From Obrimoposthia wandeli (Eukaryota): 64,000 bases of DNA. A program made the translations under genes and the position numbers. Below are positions 39,064 through 48,457 of the stretch, one piece after another. The notes beneath the pieces were generated by a model, which was not told the DNA's origin, did no database searches, and worked only from the letters and a program-made list of their open reading frames with translations. Every line of letters begins with the position of its first letter. The stretch's first letter is position 1. Where the stretch lies: assembly GCA_977020255.1 (NCBI GenBank), contig CDROCS010005043.1, positions 1-64,000 on the forward strand. Reading direction: 5' to 3'.

Positions 39064-39819
39064 TTAGCGTGCTAACCAACCACCGTCAACAGCGATAGTG
39101 TAACCATTAACATAATCACTTGCGCTTGATGCAAGGAATACCGCAGGACCCGCTATATCTTCAGGTGTACCCCAACGGTCAGCAGGAATACGTTCTAAGA
39201 TTGCCGCGTTACGCTCTGGATCAGCACGTAATGCTTCAGTATTATCTGTTGCCATGTAACCCGGTGCGATTGCATTCACGTTGATATTATATTTAGCTAA
39301 TTCATTCGCCATTGCACGTGTTAGACCCATAACCGCAGATTTACTTGCAGTGTAAGACGGCACTCGGATACCACCTTGGAAAGATAACATCGACGCGATG
39401 TTGATGATCTTGCCGCCTTCACCTTGTTTTACACATTGTTTTGCAACAGCTTGTGATAGGAAAAATACTGTTTTTTGGTTAATGTTGATCACATCATCCC
39501 AATTCTTTTCAGAAAACTCTAAAAAATCTTCACGGCGGATGATACCCGCATTGTTTACCAAAATATCAACACGACCCATTACTTCAACAGCTTCACTTAC
39601 AATGTTAGACACTTGGTCTTGTTCCATTAAGTTAGCTGTAATGTAATGAAACTTACACCCTAACGCTTCAATCTTAGCTTGTGTTTCTGGAGCAGGCTGA
39701 TGACCAACACCAACAATATCAGCACCAGCTTGGGCTAGACCAATCGCACTGCCTTGACCTAAACCTGTATTACAACCCGTTACAATGGCAACCTTGCCTG
39801 ACAAATCAAAAGAGTTCAT
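39064..39819 (-). CDS. kduD: 2-dehydro-3-deoxy-D-gluconate 5-dehydrogenase
   Basis: VTGCNTGLGQG, NNAGIIRRED, GKIINIASMLSFQGGIRVPSYTASKS. Confidence 0.97.
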   Translation of the reverse strand: MNSFDLSGKVAIVTGCNTGLGQGSAIGLAQAGADIVGVGHQPAPETQAKIEALGCKFHYITANLMEQDQVSNIVSEAVEVMGRVDILVNNAGIIRREDFLEFSEKNWDDVININQKTVFFLSQAVAKQCVKQGEGGKIINIASMLSFQGGIRVPSYTASKSAVMGLTRAMANELAKYNINVNAIAPGYMATDNTEALRADPERNAAILERIPADRWGTPEDIAGPAVFLASSASDYVNGYTIAVDGGWLAR

Positions 39820-39907
39820 ATCAACTTCCTAACTATAGAATAACAGCACTCTGGTGAATCCTTTTAAAATCACCAGATTACCGTGAAAGAGGAATAACGA
39901 TTATTCG

Positions 39908-40738
39908 TTATTTCAGGTCGCTCATTGCGATGTGATCCATATCGTGGAACGTTTGGTTTTCACCCACCATACCCCAGATAAAAGTATAAGATGCAGTACC
40001 TACACCAGAGTGAATTGACCAACTTGGGCTAATTACCGCTTGCTCATTACGCACTACGATGTGACGAGTTTCTTGCGGCTGTCCCATGTAATGGAAAGCA
40101 ATGTTGTCATCTTTCATATCAAAATACAGGTAAACTTCCATACGTCTTTCATGGGTATGACAAGGCATCGTATTCCATAGACTACCAGGGGCTAGCTCTG
40201 TCATGCCCATTAATAACTGGCAAGTTGGTAGCACCGCTGGATGCAGATATTTGTAAATAGTACGAACATTACAGTTTTCTTGATTACCTAATGTTTCAGG
40301 TGATGCTTCATCACGGGTAATTTTACGTGTTGGGTAAGTCATATGTGCAGGTGCACAGTTTAGATAAAAACGCGCAGGTTGCTCAGCGTTGTCACTCAAG
40401 AACTGAATCTCTTGTGCGCCTTTACCTACGTAAAGTGCTTCACGTGCGCCGATTTCATAAGTCACACCATCAACGATCACAGAACCCGCTTCACCGATGT
40501 TAATGACACCTAGCTCACGACGTTGTAAGAAAAAATCAACACCAATCTCTTTACCACCTTCAAATACCACAGGTACTGTTGTTGGCACTACACCACCAAC
40601 AATAATGCGATCGATATGACTATATGTAAGGTTGATTTGACCTTCCTGGAACATATCTTCAATTAAAAACTGTTCTCTTAGACCCGCGGTGTCTAGCTGC
40701 TTTGCATGCTCACTGTGTATTGGCTGACGAATTTCCAT
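39908..40738 (-). CDS. kduI: 4-deoxy-L-threo-5-hexosulose-uronate ketol-isomerase
   Basis: [47 protein letters not shown]. Confidence 0.97.
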   Translation of the reverse strand: MEIRQPIHSEHAKQLDTAGLREQFLIEDMFQEGQINLTYSHIDRIIVGGVVPTTVPVVFEGGKEIGVDFFLQRRELGVINIGEAGSVIVDGVTYEIGAREALYVGKGAQEIQFLSDNAEQPARFYLNCAPAHMTYPTRKITRDEASPETLGNQENCNVRTIYKYLHPAVLPTCQLLMGMTELAPGSLWNTMPCHTHERRMEVYLYFDMKDDNIAFHYMGQPQETRHIVVRNEQAVISPSWSIHSGVGTASYTFIWGMVGENQTFHDMDHIAMSDLK

Positions 40739-40843
40739 TAAATAAACCTCTTAACTATTAACTATTAACTACCAGTTACACAAATTATGCATAACTACTA
40801 AAGATTAACTCTTCACATCGACAACAAGGTATGATCGCTTAGA

Positions 40844-41992
40844 CTAGGCTTGAAAAGCCCACTTCCCCTTGACCAAGGTACCCCGTACTTGTAATTCTTT
40901 ATTCATAACGGTCAGGCTAGCATCCATACCGACGGCGATAGAACCAAGGCGGTTAGCTAAACCTAAATACAGTGCAGGTACTGAAGTCGCCATTTGCACG
41001 GCTTCCCAGGCTGGGACACCAGAAGCGAACACCATATTGCGCACTGCTTGATCTAAACTGCAGGTACTGCCTGCTAATGAACCATCATCAGTGCGGGCTT
41101 CACCATTTTTAACATTAACGATCTGCGCCCCTAATTGATAAGGACCATCTGCCAGTCCACCAGCGCGCATACAATCAGTGATAAGTGCAATCTTTTCATA
41201 ACCTTTCATACGATAGGCAAGTTGCATCATCACTGGATTAACATGGATACCGTCAGCAATCAGTTCGGCTAGCATGTCGTGATAAAGCACTGCGCCACAG
41301 CAACCCGGTTCACGGTGATGTAAACCACTCATGCCATTAAACAAATGCACACCACAGTCGGCACCAAGTTCAAACGCTTCGGTAACTTGGGCAAAATTGG
41401 CATTGGTATGAGCTACAGACGTTTTAATATTATTTGCCGTTAACCACTTAATCGACGCCATCGCATTATCGGCTTCTGGCGCAATGGCCACCCGTAATAA
41501 TGACTCACCAGCAACGATTTTTAATTCTTCCAGTTCATGATGTTCCGGTGATTTTAACAATCGACTTGGGTGCGAACCGCGGTGACGTTCTGTAAAGTAA
41601 GGTCCCTCTAAGAAGCTACCTAACAATTCTGCGCCCTCTGCTTGTCCGTCTGCGATATAACTACGCACCTTAGTTAACGCGGTAATAATATCTTGCCAAG
41701 GTGCAGTTACCGTTGTGCCTACCCATGCAGTAACACCAGTAGAAGGTAAGGCTTGAGCAATACCGTCTAACGCCGCATCTGTCGCATCCATCACATCATG
41801 GCCATGACGACCATGAATATGGATATCAACGAAACCTGGCATCAAGGATTGTCCTGTTAGGTGTATAACCTCACAGTCCGTTGGCACTGTTGTTGAGACC
41901 TCGGCAATTTTGCCATCTTCAACCACGACAACCTGATTTAACTCAATCCCATTTGGGGTATAAACTTCATCTGCTACCAACGCAAAACGCAT
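40844..41992 (-). CDS. agaA: N-acetylgalactosamine-6-phosphate deacetylase (NagA family)
   Basis: PGFVDIHIHG, LEGPY, SVAHT, HLFNGM, IADGIHV, ITDCM, LAGS. Real start is ATG 41992. Confidence 0.92.
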   Translation of the reverse strand: MRFALVADEVYTPNGIELNQVVVVEDGKIAEVSTTVPTDCEVIHLTGQSLMPGFVDIHIHGRHGHDVMDATDAALDGIAQALPSTGVTAWVGTTVTAPWQDIITALTKVRSYIADGQAEGAELLGSFLEGPYFTERHRGSHPSRLLKSPEHHELEELKIVAGESLLRVAIAPEADNAMASIKWLTANNIKTSVAHTNANFAQVTEAFELGADCGVHLFNGMSGLHHREPGCCGAVLYHDMLAELIADGIHVNPVMMQLAYRMKGYEKIALITDCMRAGGLADGPYQLGAQIVNVKNGEARTDDGSLAGSTCSLDQAVRNMVFASGVPAWEAVQMATSVPALYLGLANRLGSIAVGMDASLTVMNKELQVRGTLVKGKWAFQA

Positions 41993-41993
41993 G

Positions 41994-42437
41994 CTATAAA
42001 CCCTCGTCGTCAAATTCGTCTGTTGTTGGCGCCATCGCCGCTTCAAACTCTTTACGCATGTCTTTAATACAAGCATGACCAATTTCTAATACGATCTCAA
42101 CTAACTCATGTAAATCAACATCATCACGTTCAAATGCTGCATTGGCAATCATGGGTAAATTAGCACCACCTATCACTTCAACTAACGGTGTATCCATCAT
42201 GATAGCCGTGGCACGATTCGACGGTGAACCACCTGGAATATCAGTCAAAAATAGCACTCCATCACCGGTATTAACCTCGGCAGCGGCAGCACGTAATTCA
42301 CCTTCCAAGTCATCTGTTGACATGGTTTCAACAAAATCAACAAAGCGCATTTGCGCTTGTTCGCCGGCAATTGCGCCGACTGCAGATTGAACACCGGATG
42401 CAAAGTTAATATGTCCTGAAACTACAATTCCAATCAT
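41994..42437 (-). CDS. agaF: Mannose-family PTS EIIA (AgaF-like)
   Basis: MIGIVVSGHINFASG (phospho-His), TDIPGGSP, GANLPM. Start ATG 42437 with AAGGA SD. Confidence 0.85.
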   Translation of the reverse strand: MIGIVVSGHINFASGVQSAVGAIAGEQAQMRFVDFVETMSTDDLEGELRAAAAEVNTGDGVLFLTDIPGGSPSNRATAIMMDTPLVEVIGGANLPMIANAAFERDDVDLHELVEIVLEIGHACIKDMRKEFEAAMAPTTDEFDDEGL

Positions 42438-42482
42438 AATAAAGTCCTTAAAATTGGGAGAAACATGTTCTCCCAAAACATA

Positions 42483-43376
42483 TTACATAATGCCGATAGC
42501 GTGGCCGATAACACCCGCCGCTAAGGTTGCAAAAATAAGTACCGGTGGTTTAGCCCAGAAGCCAGTGCCTTTTACCATTTTCAGCATAAAGAATACTAAT
42601 GCCAGCGGTAGAATGTTGGGCATGATCTTATCGAATAGCGCCGTTTGTAACTCGACGCTTGCACCACCAAGCTCTGCAGTCAAGGTTGTTTCTACTTTAA
42701 TGAATGTCGCCGATAGCGCACCAATCACAAAGATACCCATGATATTCGCTGCTTTTGCTAACTTCTCTGTGGTATCACTCATGTTCACCATGGCAGCGGT
42801 ACCCGCTTTATAACCCATGAACATTAAACCAAAGTACGCAAAGAAGTGCGCCGTTTGGTATAAGAAGAAGAATACAAAAGGACCAGCAATCGAGCCCTCC
42901 AGTGCGATAGACGCACCTAAGGCCAGTGTTAATGGCATGATTGTCATGTGATCAAGCGCATCACCAATACCACCTGTAGGCCCCATACCTGCCACTTTCA
43001 TGACGTTAATCGTTGACGGTTTCTCTTTACTTTCTTCCATCGCTATCGCGGTACCGAGTAAGAAAGTAAATAGTTTTGGGCTGGCATTAAAAAACTGTAA
43101 ATGATTCTTTAGCGCTTTAGCAAAATCACGTTCATTACCGTGAATTTTCTTTAATGCTGGGATGATAGAATAAGCAAAACCACCCGCTTGCATACGTTCA
43201 AAGTTGAAGTTACCTTCCATTAACAAACCACGTAACGCACATACCCAAAGATCTTTCTTGGTGATCACACCTTTCTTTGTGGTATCTTCGTAAGCATCAA
43301 TGCCATCAATTAAATTAATATGATTCTGTGATTTTTTCTCAACAAAGTTGCTGCTAGCTGTGATATCAGATGCCAT
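42483..43376 (-). CDS. agaE: Mannose-family PTS EIID (AgaE-like)
   Basis: FNFERMQAGGFAYS..P.L.KI, HLQFFN, MGPTGGIGD, LDKIMP-type motif. Confidence 0.85.
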   Translation of the reverse strand: MASDITASSNFVEKKSQNHINLIDGIDAYEDTTKKGVITKKDLWVCALRGLLMEGNFNFERMQAGGFAYSIIPALKKIHGNERDFAKALKNHLQFFNASPKLFTFLLGTAIAMEESKEKPSTINVMKVAGMGPTGGIGDALDHMTIMPLTLALGASIALEGSIAGPFVFFFLYQTAHFFAYFGLMFMGYKAGTAAMVNMSDTTEKLAKAANIMGIFVIGALSATFIKVETTLTAELGGASVELQTALFDKIMPNILPLALVFFMLKMVKGTGFWAKPPVLIFATLAAGVIGHAIGIM

Positions 43377-44139
43377 CTTCAAAGTCCTCTTCAGAATTAT
43401 CTACATTATTTTCTGTACCATTACTGCTATAGAAGAAATACAGTGCTGCAATCGATGCACCGATAATAGCTACAGCCATAATTGGTAAATGTAGGTATGT
43501 CGTCATCACGAAACCGATGAAGAATACCCCTGCTACTTCTTTAGACCACATGATTTTAAGTAACATCGCGAAACCAATCGCTGGCACCATTTTTGCGCCA
43601 ATACCAAGACCTTCAAGTACGACTGTCGGTGCATTTTCATCGATCCATTTTGCGCCATGCTCACCAAAGTAAACGGTAGCAAATGCAATAACAGCATATA
43701 ACATTGCCCGGGCAAATAAGGTGCCCAGTAACAAACGGTCAATACCGCCTGAATCACCACTTTCTGCATAACGGTCAGCTTTGCCCATCGTAAATGATGT
43801 CATAGCAAAGAAACCGATCACCAACATTTGCATTAATACAGCAATCGGCATACCTACACCCATTGCCACTGCCGCAGACTGATTGGTCATCACTGCAAAT
43901 GCTACCGCTGCGATTGTACCCATGGTTACATCTGGCGGCTGAGCACCGGCGTTAGGCACAAGACCTAACCAAGCAAGTTCCAGTGTCGCACCGGCGATTA
44001 GACCGGTTTGCATGTCACCCATGATAAAACCGACAACAGGACCGGTAATAAGTGGTCGGTGAATATTTAGTGCAATATCGTATTTATCGATACCACATAA
44101 AAATGCCCACGCGGCAACTAATAACGCTTCATAAATCAT
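43366..44139 (-). CDS. agaW: Mannose-family PTS EIIC (AgaW-like)
   Basis: HRPLITGPVVG, GATLEL, AGAQPPD, PAIGFAMLL, C-terminal FEDGI. Confidence 0.85.
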   Translation of the reverse strand: MIYEALLVAAWAFLCGIDKYDIALNIHRPLITGPVVGFIMGDMQTGLIAGATLELAWLGLVPNAGAQPPDVTMGTIAAVAFAVMTNQSAAVAMGVGMPIAVLMQMLVIGFFAMTSFTMGKADRYAESGDSGGIDRLLLGTLFARAMLYAVIAFATVYFGEHGAKWIDENAPTVVLEGLGIGAKMVPAIGFAMLLKIMWSKEVAGVFFIGFVMTTYLHLPIMAVAIIGASIAALYFFYSSNGTENNVDNSEEDFEDGI

Positions 44140-44182
44140 AATAATTCCCCTTTATAATCATAATATTACATACAAAATCTAT

Positions 44183-44683
44183 TTATGCTTTTTCAGCAAT
44201 CGCAGCTAAGATATCAATAGGACTTTGATCTGGTGTATTTTGGATGGTACAAGTCACATTACATTGAACAATGCGTTCAAATGCTTCAATATCGTTGTCA
44301 TCCACAGATACTGTTTTAGTCAACTTGCGCTTACCTTCATGGAAGTGCATGTTGCCCACATTGCAATGTGGAATTGGCACGCCACCTTCAACCAAACGAG
44401 CAACATCAGTTGGGTTGTTACATAAGATAAAGATCTTTTGTTTTGCTGACGCTTTGGCAATTACATCAATCGTTTTCTGGATTGAGAAAAAACGTACCGC
44501 ATATTCACCACCCGCAGAGGCTTTCATACCCGCTTGCATAAATGCGGCGTTTGGGCCATCTGCAGCGTCATCATTCGCGACTAAGATTAGATTCGCTTCA
44601 CTGTGTTTACCCCAAGTAATGCGGATTTGTCCATGTAGTAGGCGTTCGTCAATACGAGTCCAAACGATATTAGGAGATGTCAT
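44183..44683 (-). CDS. agaV: Mannose-family PTS EIIB (AgaV-like)
   Basis: RIDERLLHGQ (phospho-His), NVGNMH, KTVSVD. Confidence 0.87.
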   Translation of the reverse strand: MTSPNIVWTRIDERLLHGQIRITWGKHSEANLILVANDDAADGPNAAFMQAGMKASAGGEYAVRFFSIQKTIDVIAKASAKQKIFILCNNPTDVARLVEGGVPIPHCNVGNMHFHEGKRKLTKTVSVDDNDIEAFERIVQCNVTCTIQNTPDQSPIDILAAIAEKA

Positions 44684-44698
44684 AATCAATTCCTGTAC

Positions 44699-45862
44699 TT
44701 ATTTGTTAAATTTATGAATCGTCACACCTTGAACCACTCGGTTTACTTCACCGGTTGGGCAAGGGTTGTCAGGTGTATTGCCTAACTCTACTGACAGATG
44801 GAATGCATAAATTTGTGCCACTAAGATGTAAGAAAAAAGTAGTCCAGCATCTGTTGCATCTTGCATATCATCAGCAAGCCAGTAATCACCGTTACTCACT
44901 TGATTATCAAGTTGAGCTGTAATCGCAATTACTTTATTAGCAATGCCATCACGGCGTAATTCAGCTAATAAATCTAAATCATATTTACGGGTTTGTGGGT
45001 TATTTGAGATATAAACAAAAATTAATGTTTTATCATCAACAATCGATTTCGGTCCGTGGCGGAAGCCAAGCGGAGAATCGAAACTAATCACAACCTTACC
45101 GGCAGTCAGTTCAAGTAATTTTAATGCAGACTCTTCAGCCACACCTTTAAAACCACCACTCCCGAGGTAAATAACTTTGTTTACTTCAGTGTTGTCTATT
45201 GTACCGATAAATTTATTAATTTCTTTGACCTGCGCCTCAGAATGCTTACAAATACTTTCGATATCTTTCAACTTGAACTCGCCGTCACCTAATATCGAAA
45301 AAGCAGAGAGCATCATTGAAGAGAAACTAGAGGTCATTGCGAACGATTTATCATTGGTTTGCGCTGGCATTAATACCGCTAATGATTTGCTGTCAGTTTT
45401 ACTTGCTACGTATAACTGACCTTCGTTATTACAAGTCAGTACTAAGTGGTAACAATTACTCAAGCATTCATTGGCTAGGTTTACCGCTTCTACACTTTCA
45501 GGGCTGTTACCTGAACGTGCAAACGATACTAATAGTGTCGGGATATCTTCAGCAAAGTACTGATAAGGGTTTGATACAATATCAGTCGTTGATACTGCTT
45601 CAACACGGCGTTGAGTTTGCTGTGTTAAAATAGGAGCAAGTGAACGACCAACAAATGCAGATGTACCAGCACCAGTTAATACAATACGTAAATCACGATG
45701 TGCTAGAATCGGCGTCATAAAATCATTAATTAACGCGCTATTTCGTTCTAAAATTGCTTTTGTTTCACGCCAGCATTCAGGTTGTTGTTCGATCTCTTTC
45801 GCTGTCCAGAAGCCTTTTAATTGTTCTAATTCTGTCGCGCTATAACCCAAGTAATTACTCAT
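44699..45862 (-). CDS. agaS: Galactosamine-6-phosphate deaminase/isomerase (SIS domains)
   Basis: WTAKEI.QQP, TGAGTSAF, SFARSGNSPES, FAMTSSF, GFRHGPKS, PCPTGEVNRVVQGV. Confidence 0.95.
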   Translation of the reverse strand: MSNYLGYSATELEQLKGFWTAKEIEQQPECWRETKAILERNSALINDFMTPILAHRDLRIVLTGAGTSAFVGRSLAPILTQQTQRRVEAVSTTDIVSNPYQYFAEDIPTLLVSFARSGNSPESVEAVNLANECLSNCYHLVLTCNNEGQLYVASKTDSKSLAVLMPAQTNDKSFAMTSSFSSMMLSAFSILGDGEFKLKDIESICKHSEAQVKEINKFIGTIDNTEVNKVIYLGSGGFKGVAEESALKLLELTAGKVVISFDSPLGFRHGPKSIVDDKTLIFVYISNNPQTRKYDLDLLAELRRDGIANKVIAITAQLDNQVSNGDYWLADDMQDATDAGLLFSYILVAQIYAFHLSVELGNTPDNPCPTGEVNRVVQGVTIHKFNK

Positions 45863-45885
45863 ATCTCTAATCCTTTAATTCAAAT

Positions 45886-47160
45886 TTATTTACAAGCTTT
45901 TGCGTAGCTACGCATTACTTGTTGGATCTTATCGATAACTAGCGCTTCTGGTTGGGCACTAATTTGACCTTCACGTACAGCGTGGAATTGTTCTGGCAAG
46001 TACTGACTTAACAGTGGTAATGCGATACCGCTTGTTTCTAAGTTGTCAAATAATTTTGCTTGTGCAGCAACGATATTTGCATTTGGCCAGTAATAACGAA
46101 TACGATCACTGAAACTAAAGCGGCGTGCAAAACTCTGCTGCGCTTCCGTGCCTTGGTAATATTTTTCCCAATAGCCAGGTGCTGCAAGCATTTCAGCTTC
46201 AATTACGTCACGTAAATTTGAACGTTGCTCAGGGGCAAAGGTTTCATTTTCAATTGAACAAAGGTTAAATAGCGCTTCACGTAATGCAAACGTTAAGGCT
46301 GGACCTACTTTGAGGATGGCAAAATGATCTTCAACTAACGCTTTATAAGCACCGTCAGTTTGGTAATCGGTAGAGTGTGCTTCAAAAACCATGTTGTCAT
46401 AATCTGCAACAACTTTGCTTAGTTCTTGTGCTTTTTCGCGGTTGTAATCAATAACACCCGTGTGGTCAAACTCGACACCAGGCTGAACAACTAAACCAAC
46501 AATACGGTCTAGGCAACTCGCAACGCCAGCATCAGCAAACGCTTGATAATGACAATCGATGGTTTTTTTCGCAGCTTCTGGCGATGTTACTTCTAATTCC
46601 TGTAACTCTTCCGCTGCGCCACCTGGCACAGGCACTTCAGTACCTACAACATAAACCAAGTTGCTCTTACCGAATACGTTAACCGCAGTCATTTCAGCTA
46701 TTGCCGCTAAACGGGCAGCACGACCAGCAACAATTTCGTCAGACAGTGGGATTGGATCACCAGCACAAGACATACTGCAATCAAGGTGAATTTTTTCGAA
46801 ACCAGCTTCAACATACGCAGCAATCAATACATCTGCATTTGCCATTGCTTCTTCGGCAGGCAGGTCTTGCCAGCGATTTGGACCTAAATGGTCACCGCCA
46901 AGAATAATTTTTTCAACAGGGAAGTTAAGCTCAGCGGCTTTATTCAATACGAATGCACGGAAATCAGCAGGTTTCATACCTGTATAACCGCCGAATTGAT
47001 CAACCTGATTAGAAGTCGCTTCGATTAACACTAAAGAATTATCGCTCAACGCTTGCTTTAAACTTGCTTCAATAACAAGAGAATGCGCAGAACAAACAGA
47101 ATAGATGCCGATTTTCTCGCCGGCTTTATGAGACTTAACTAATTTTAAAAGGGTATTCAT
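45886..47160 (-). CDS. kbaZ: KbaZ/AgaZ/GatZ-family protein (possible tagatose-6-phosphate 4-epimerase)
   Basis: GIYSVCSAH, EATSNQVDQFGGYTGM, GGDHLGPN, GTEVPVPGG, EAHSTDYQ, SFSDRIRYYW. Confidence 0.95.
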   Translation of the reverse strand: MNTLLKLVKSHKAGEKIGIYSVCSAHSLVIEASLKQALSDNSLVLIEATSNQVDQFGGYTGMKPADFRAFVLNKAAELNFPVEKIILGGDHLGPNRWQDLPAEEAMANADVLIAAYVEAGFEKIHLDCSMSCAGDPIPLSDEIVAGRAARLAAIAEMTAVNVFGKSNLVYVVGTEVPVPGGAAEELQELEVTSPEAAKKTIDCHYQAFADAGVASCLDRIVGLVVQPGVEFDHTGVIDYNREKAQELSKVVADYDNMVFEAHSTDYQTDGAYKALVEDHFAILKVGPALTFALREALFNLCSIENETFAPEQRSNLRDVIEAEMLAAPGYWEKYYQGTEAQQSFARRFSFSDRIRYYWPNANIVAAQAKLFDNLETSGIALPLLSQYLPEQFHAVREGQISAQPEALVIDKIQQVMRSYAKACK

Positions 47161-47209
47161 TAAATAACTCCACAGTTAACATCTGGAATGCAACTATGGA
47201 GTTAGTGGA

Positions 47210-47986
47210 TCAATCTTCCTTTTCGACAATAATCACTTCAACTTTCATATCTCGAAGACCTTCTACGTACTCGTCCGGGATACCTGAATCAGTAACTAAT
47301 ATGTCAATTTTACCGAACTCGCGAATCATATGACAGCTACGTTTTCCAAACTTACTGGAATCGGCAACTGCAATCACTTGTTCAGAAATATCACACATCA
47401 AACGATTAAGACTTGCTTCTTGTTCGTTATGAGTAGTGATACCGGCACGCAAATCAAAACCATCGACCCCTAAAAACAACTTATCGAAACAGTAATTTTT
47501 AAGACCTTGTTCTGCTTGTGAACCACTAAAAGAAAGTGCATTCTTACGGAGAATACCCCCGGGCATCAACACTTCAATTCCAGGTGCTGATGCTAACTCC
47601 ATCGCTACATCCAGACCATTGGTCATAACCACTGCACTGCCAATTGATTTTAGGCTAGAGGCAATCTCTTTTGCAGTAGTTCCCGAATCTAGAATAACAG
47701 TGTCACCACTATTGATAAGTTTTGCTGCAGCTTGACCAATCCGAGTTTTAATGTCGGGGTTATGCCGACGTTTCTCATGAACAGTCAATTCTGCAACAAC
47801 CCCAATATTTGGAATCGCAGCACCATGTGATCGAACCACATAACCGCTACTTTCCAGAAAACTAAGGTCACTTCGAATCGTGACACTAGAGACATTAAAT
47901 AGTGCAGCAAGGTCTTCAACGCGGGCTTTACCGTCTCGGTTAACCACATTGATGATTTCCATGCGCCTTTCGACAGCACTTTTCAT
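47210..47986 (-). CDS. agaR: DeoR-family repressor AgaR
   Basis: ERR..II...G.A.V..LA..F.VS.VTIR.DL HTH, DSGTT, VMTNG, DSSKFG; directly upstream of kbaZ. Confidence 0.93.
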   Translation of the reverse strand: MKSAVERRMEIINVVNRDGKARVEDLAALFNVSSVTIRSDLSFLESSGYVVRSHGAAIPNIGVVAELTVHEKRRHNPDIKTRIGQAAAKLINSGDTVILDSGTTAKEIASSLKSIGSAVVMTNGLDVAMELASAPGIEVLMPGGILRKNALSFSGSQAEQGLKNYCFDKLFLGVDGFDLRAGITTHNEQEASLNRLMCDISEQVIAVADSSKFGKRSCHMIREFGKIDILVTDSGIPDEYVEGLRDMKVEVIIVEKED

Positions 47987-48089
47987 AAAACTTGTCTCCC
48001 AACAAAACTAAAAATTAATAAAACCTTTCGCTTTGCTTCGAGTGAAGAATACACCCTAAAACGAAAGGAACAATATAAAAAACAAAAAC

Positions 48090-48141
48090 CTTTGAAGTCT
48101 TTCACAAACTTTCAATTTCTTTCAATTCATTCCGAACTTTA
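48090..48141. promoter_or_regulatory. AgaR operator array upstream of agaR-kbaZ
   Basis: CTTTC at 48099, 48109 and 48119 (10-bp period) flanked by CTTTG 48090 and CTTTA 48137; further boxes at 48025 and GAAAG at 48356, 48382, 48417. Confidence 0.7.
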
Positions 48142-48457
48142 CATTTACATTTTCGAAAAACGAAAATATCACTTAATGAGTACGTAACCAACTGATTTTA
48201 CGTTAAATTCAAAAATAAAAATAGAAATACGTGATAAAAATGACTATTACCATGCTTCTTAGCGCATATTTTATCACGTAATATCGCGTAATAAGGTTAC
48301 ATCCCCCACAGAAACACCTTCAAAGTGAAAACCATTTTGTTTACACTTATATAACGAAAGTGAACGTATACGTTAAAATATGAAAGTTAGATACGAAAAT
48401 AACTGTTAACGACAACGAAAGCAATAATTTCATGCCTCTACATTAAAAATCATCGAT

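Noticed and set aside
40752-40772. TAACTA(T/C) x3 heptamer upstream of kduI
   Set aside because: Only three AT-rich copies; indistinguishable from chance.
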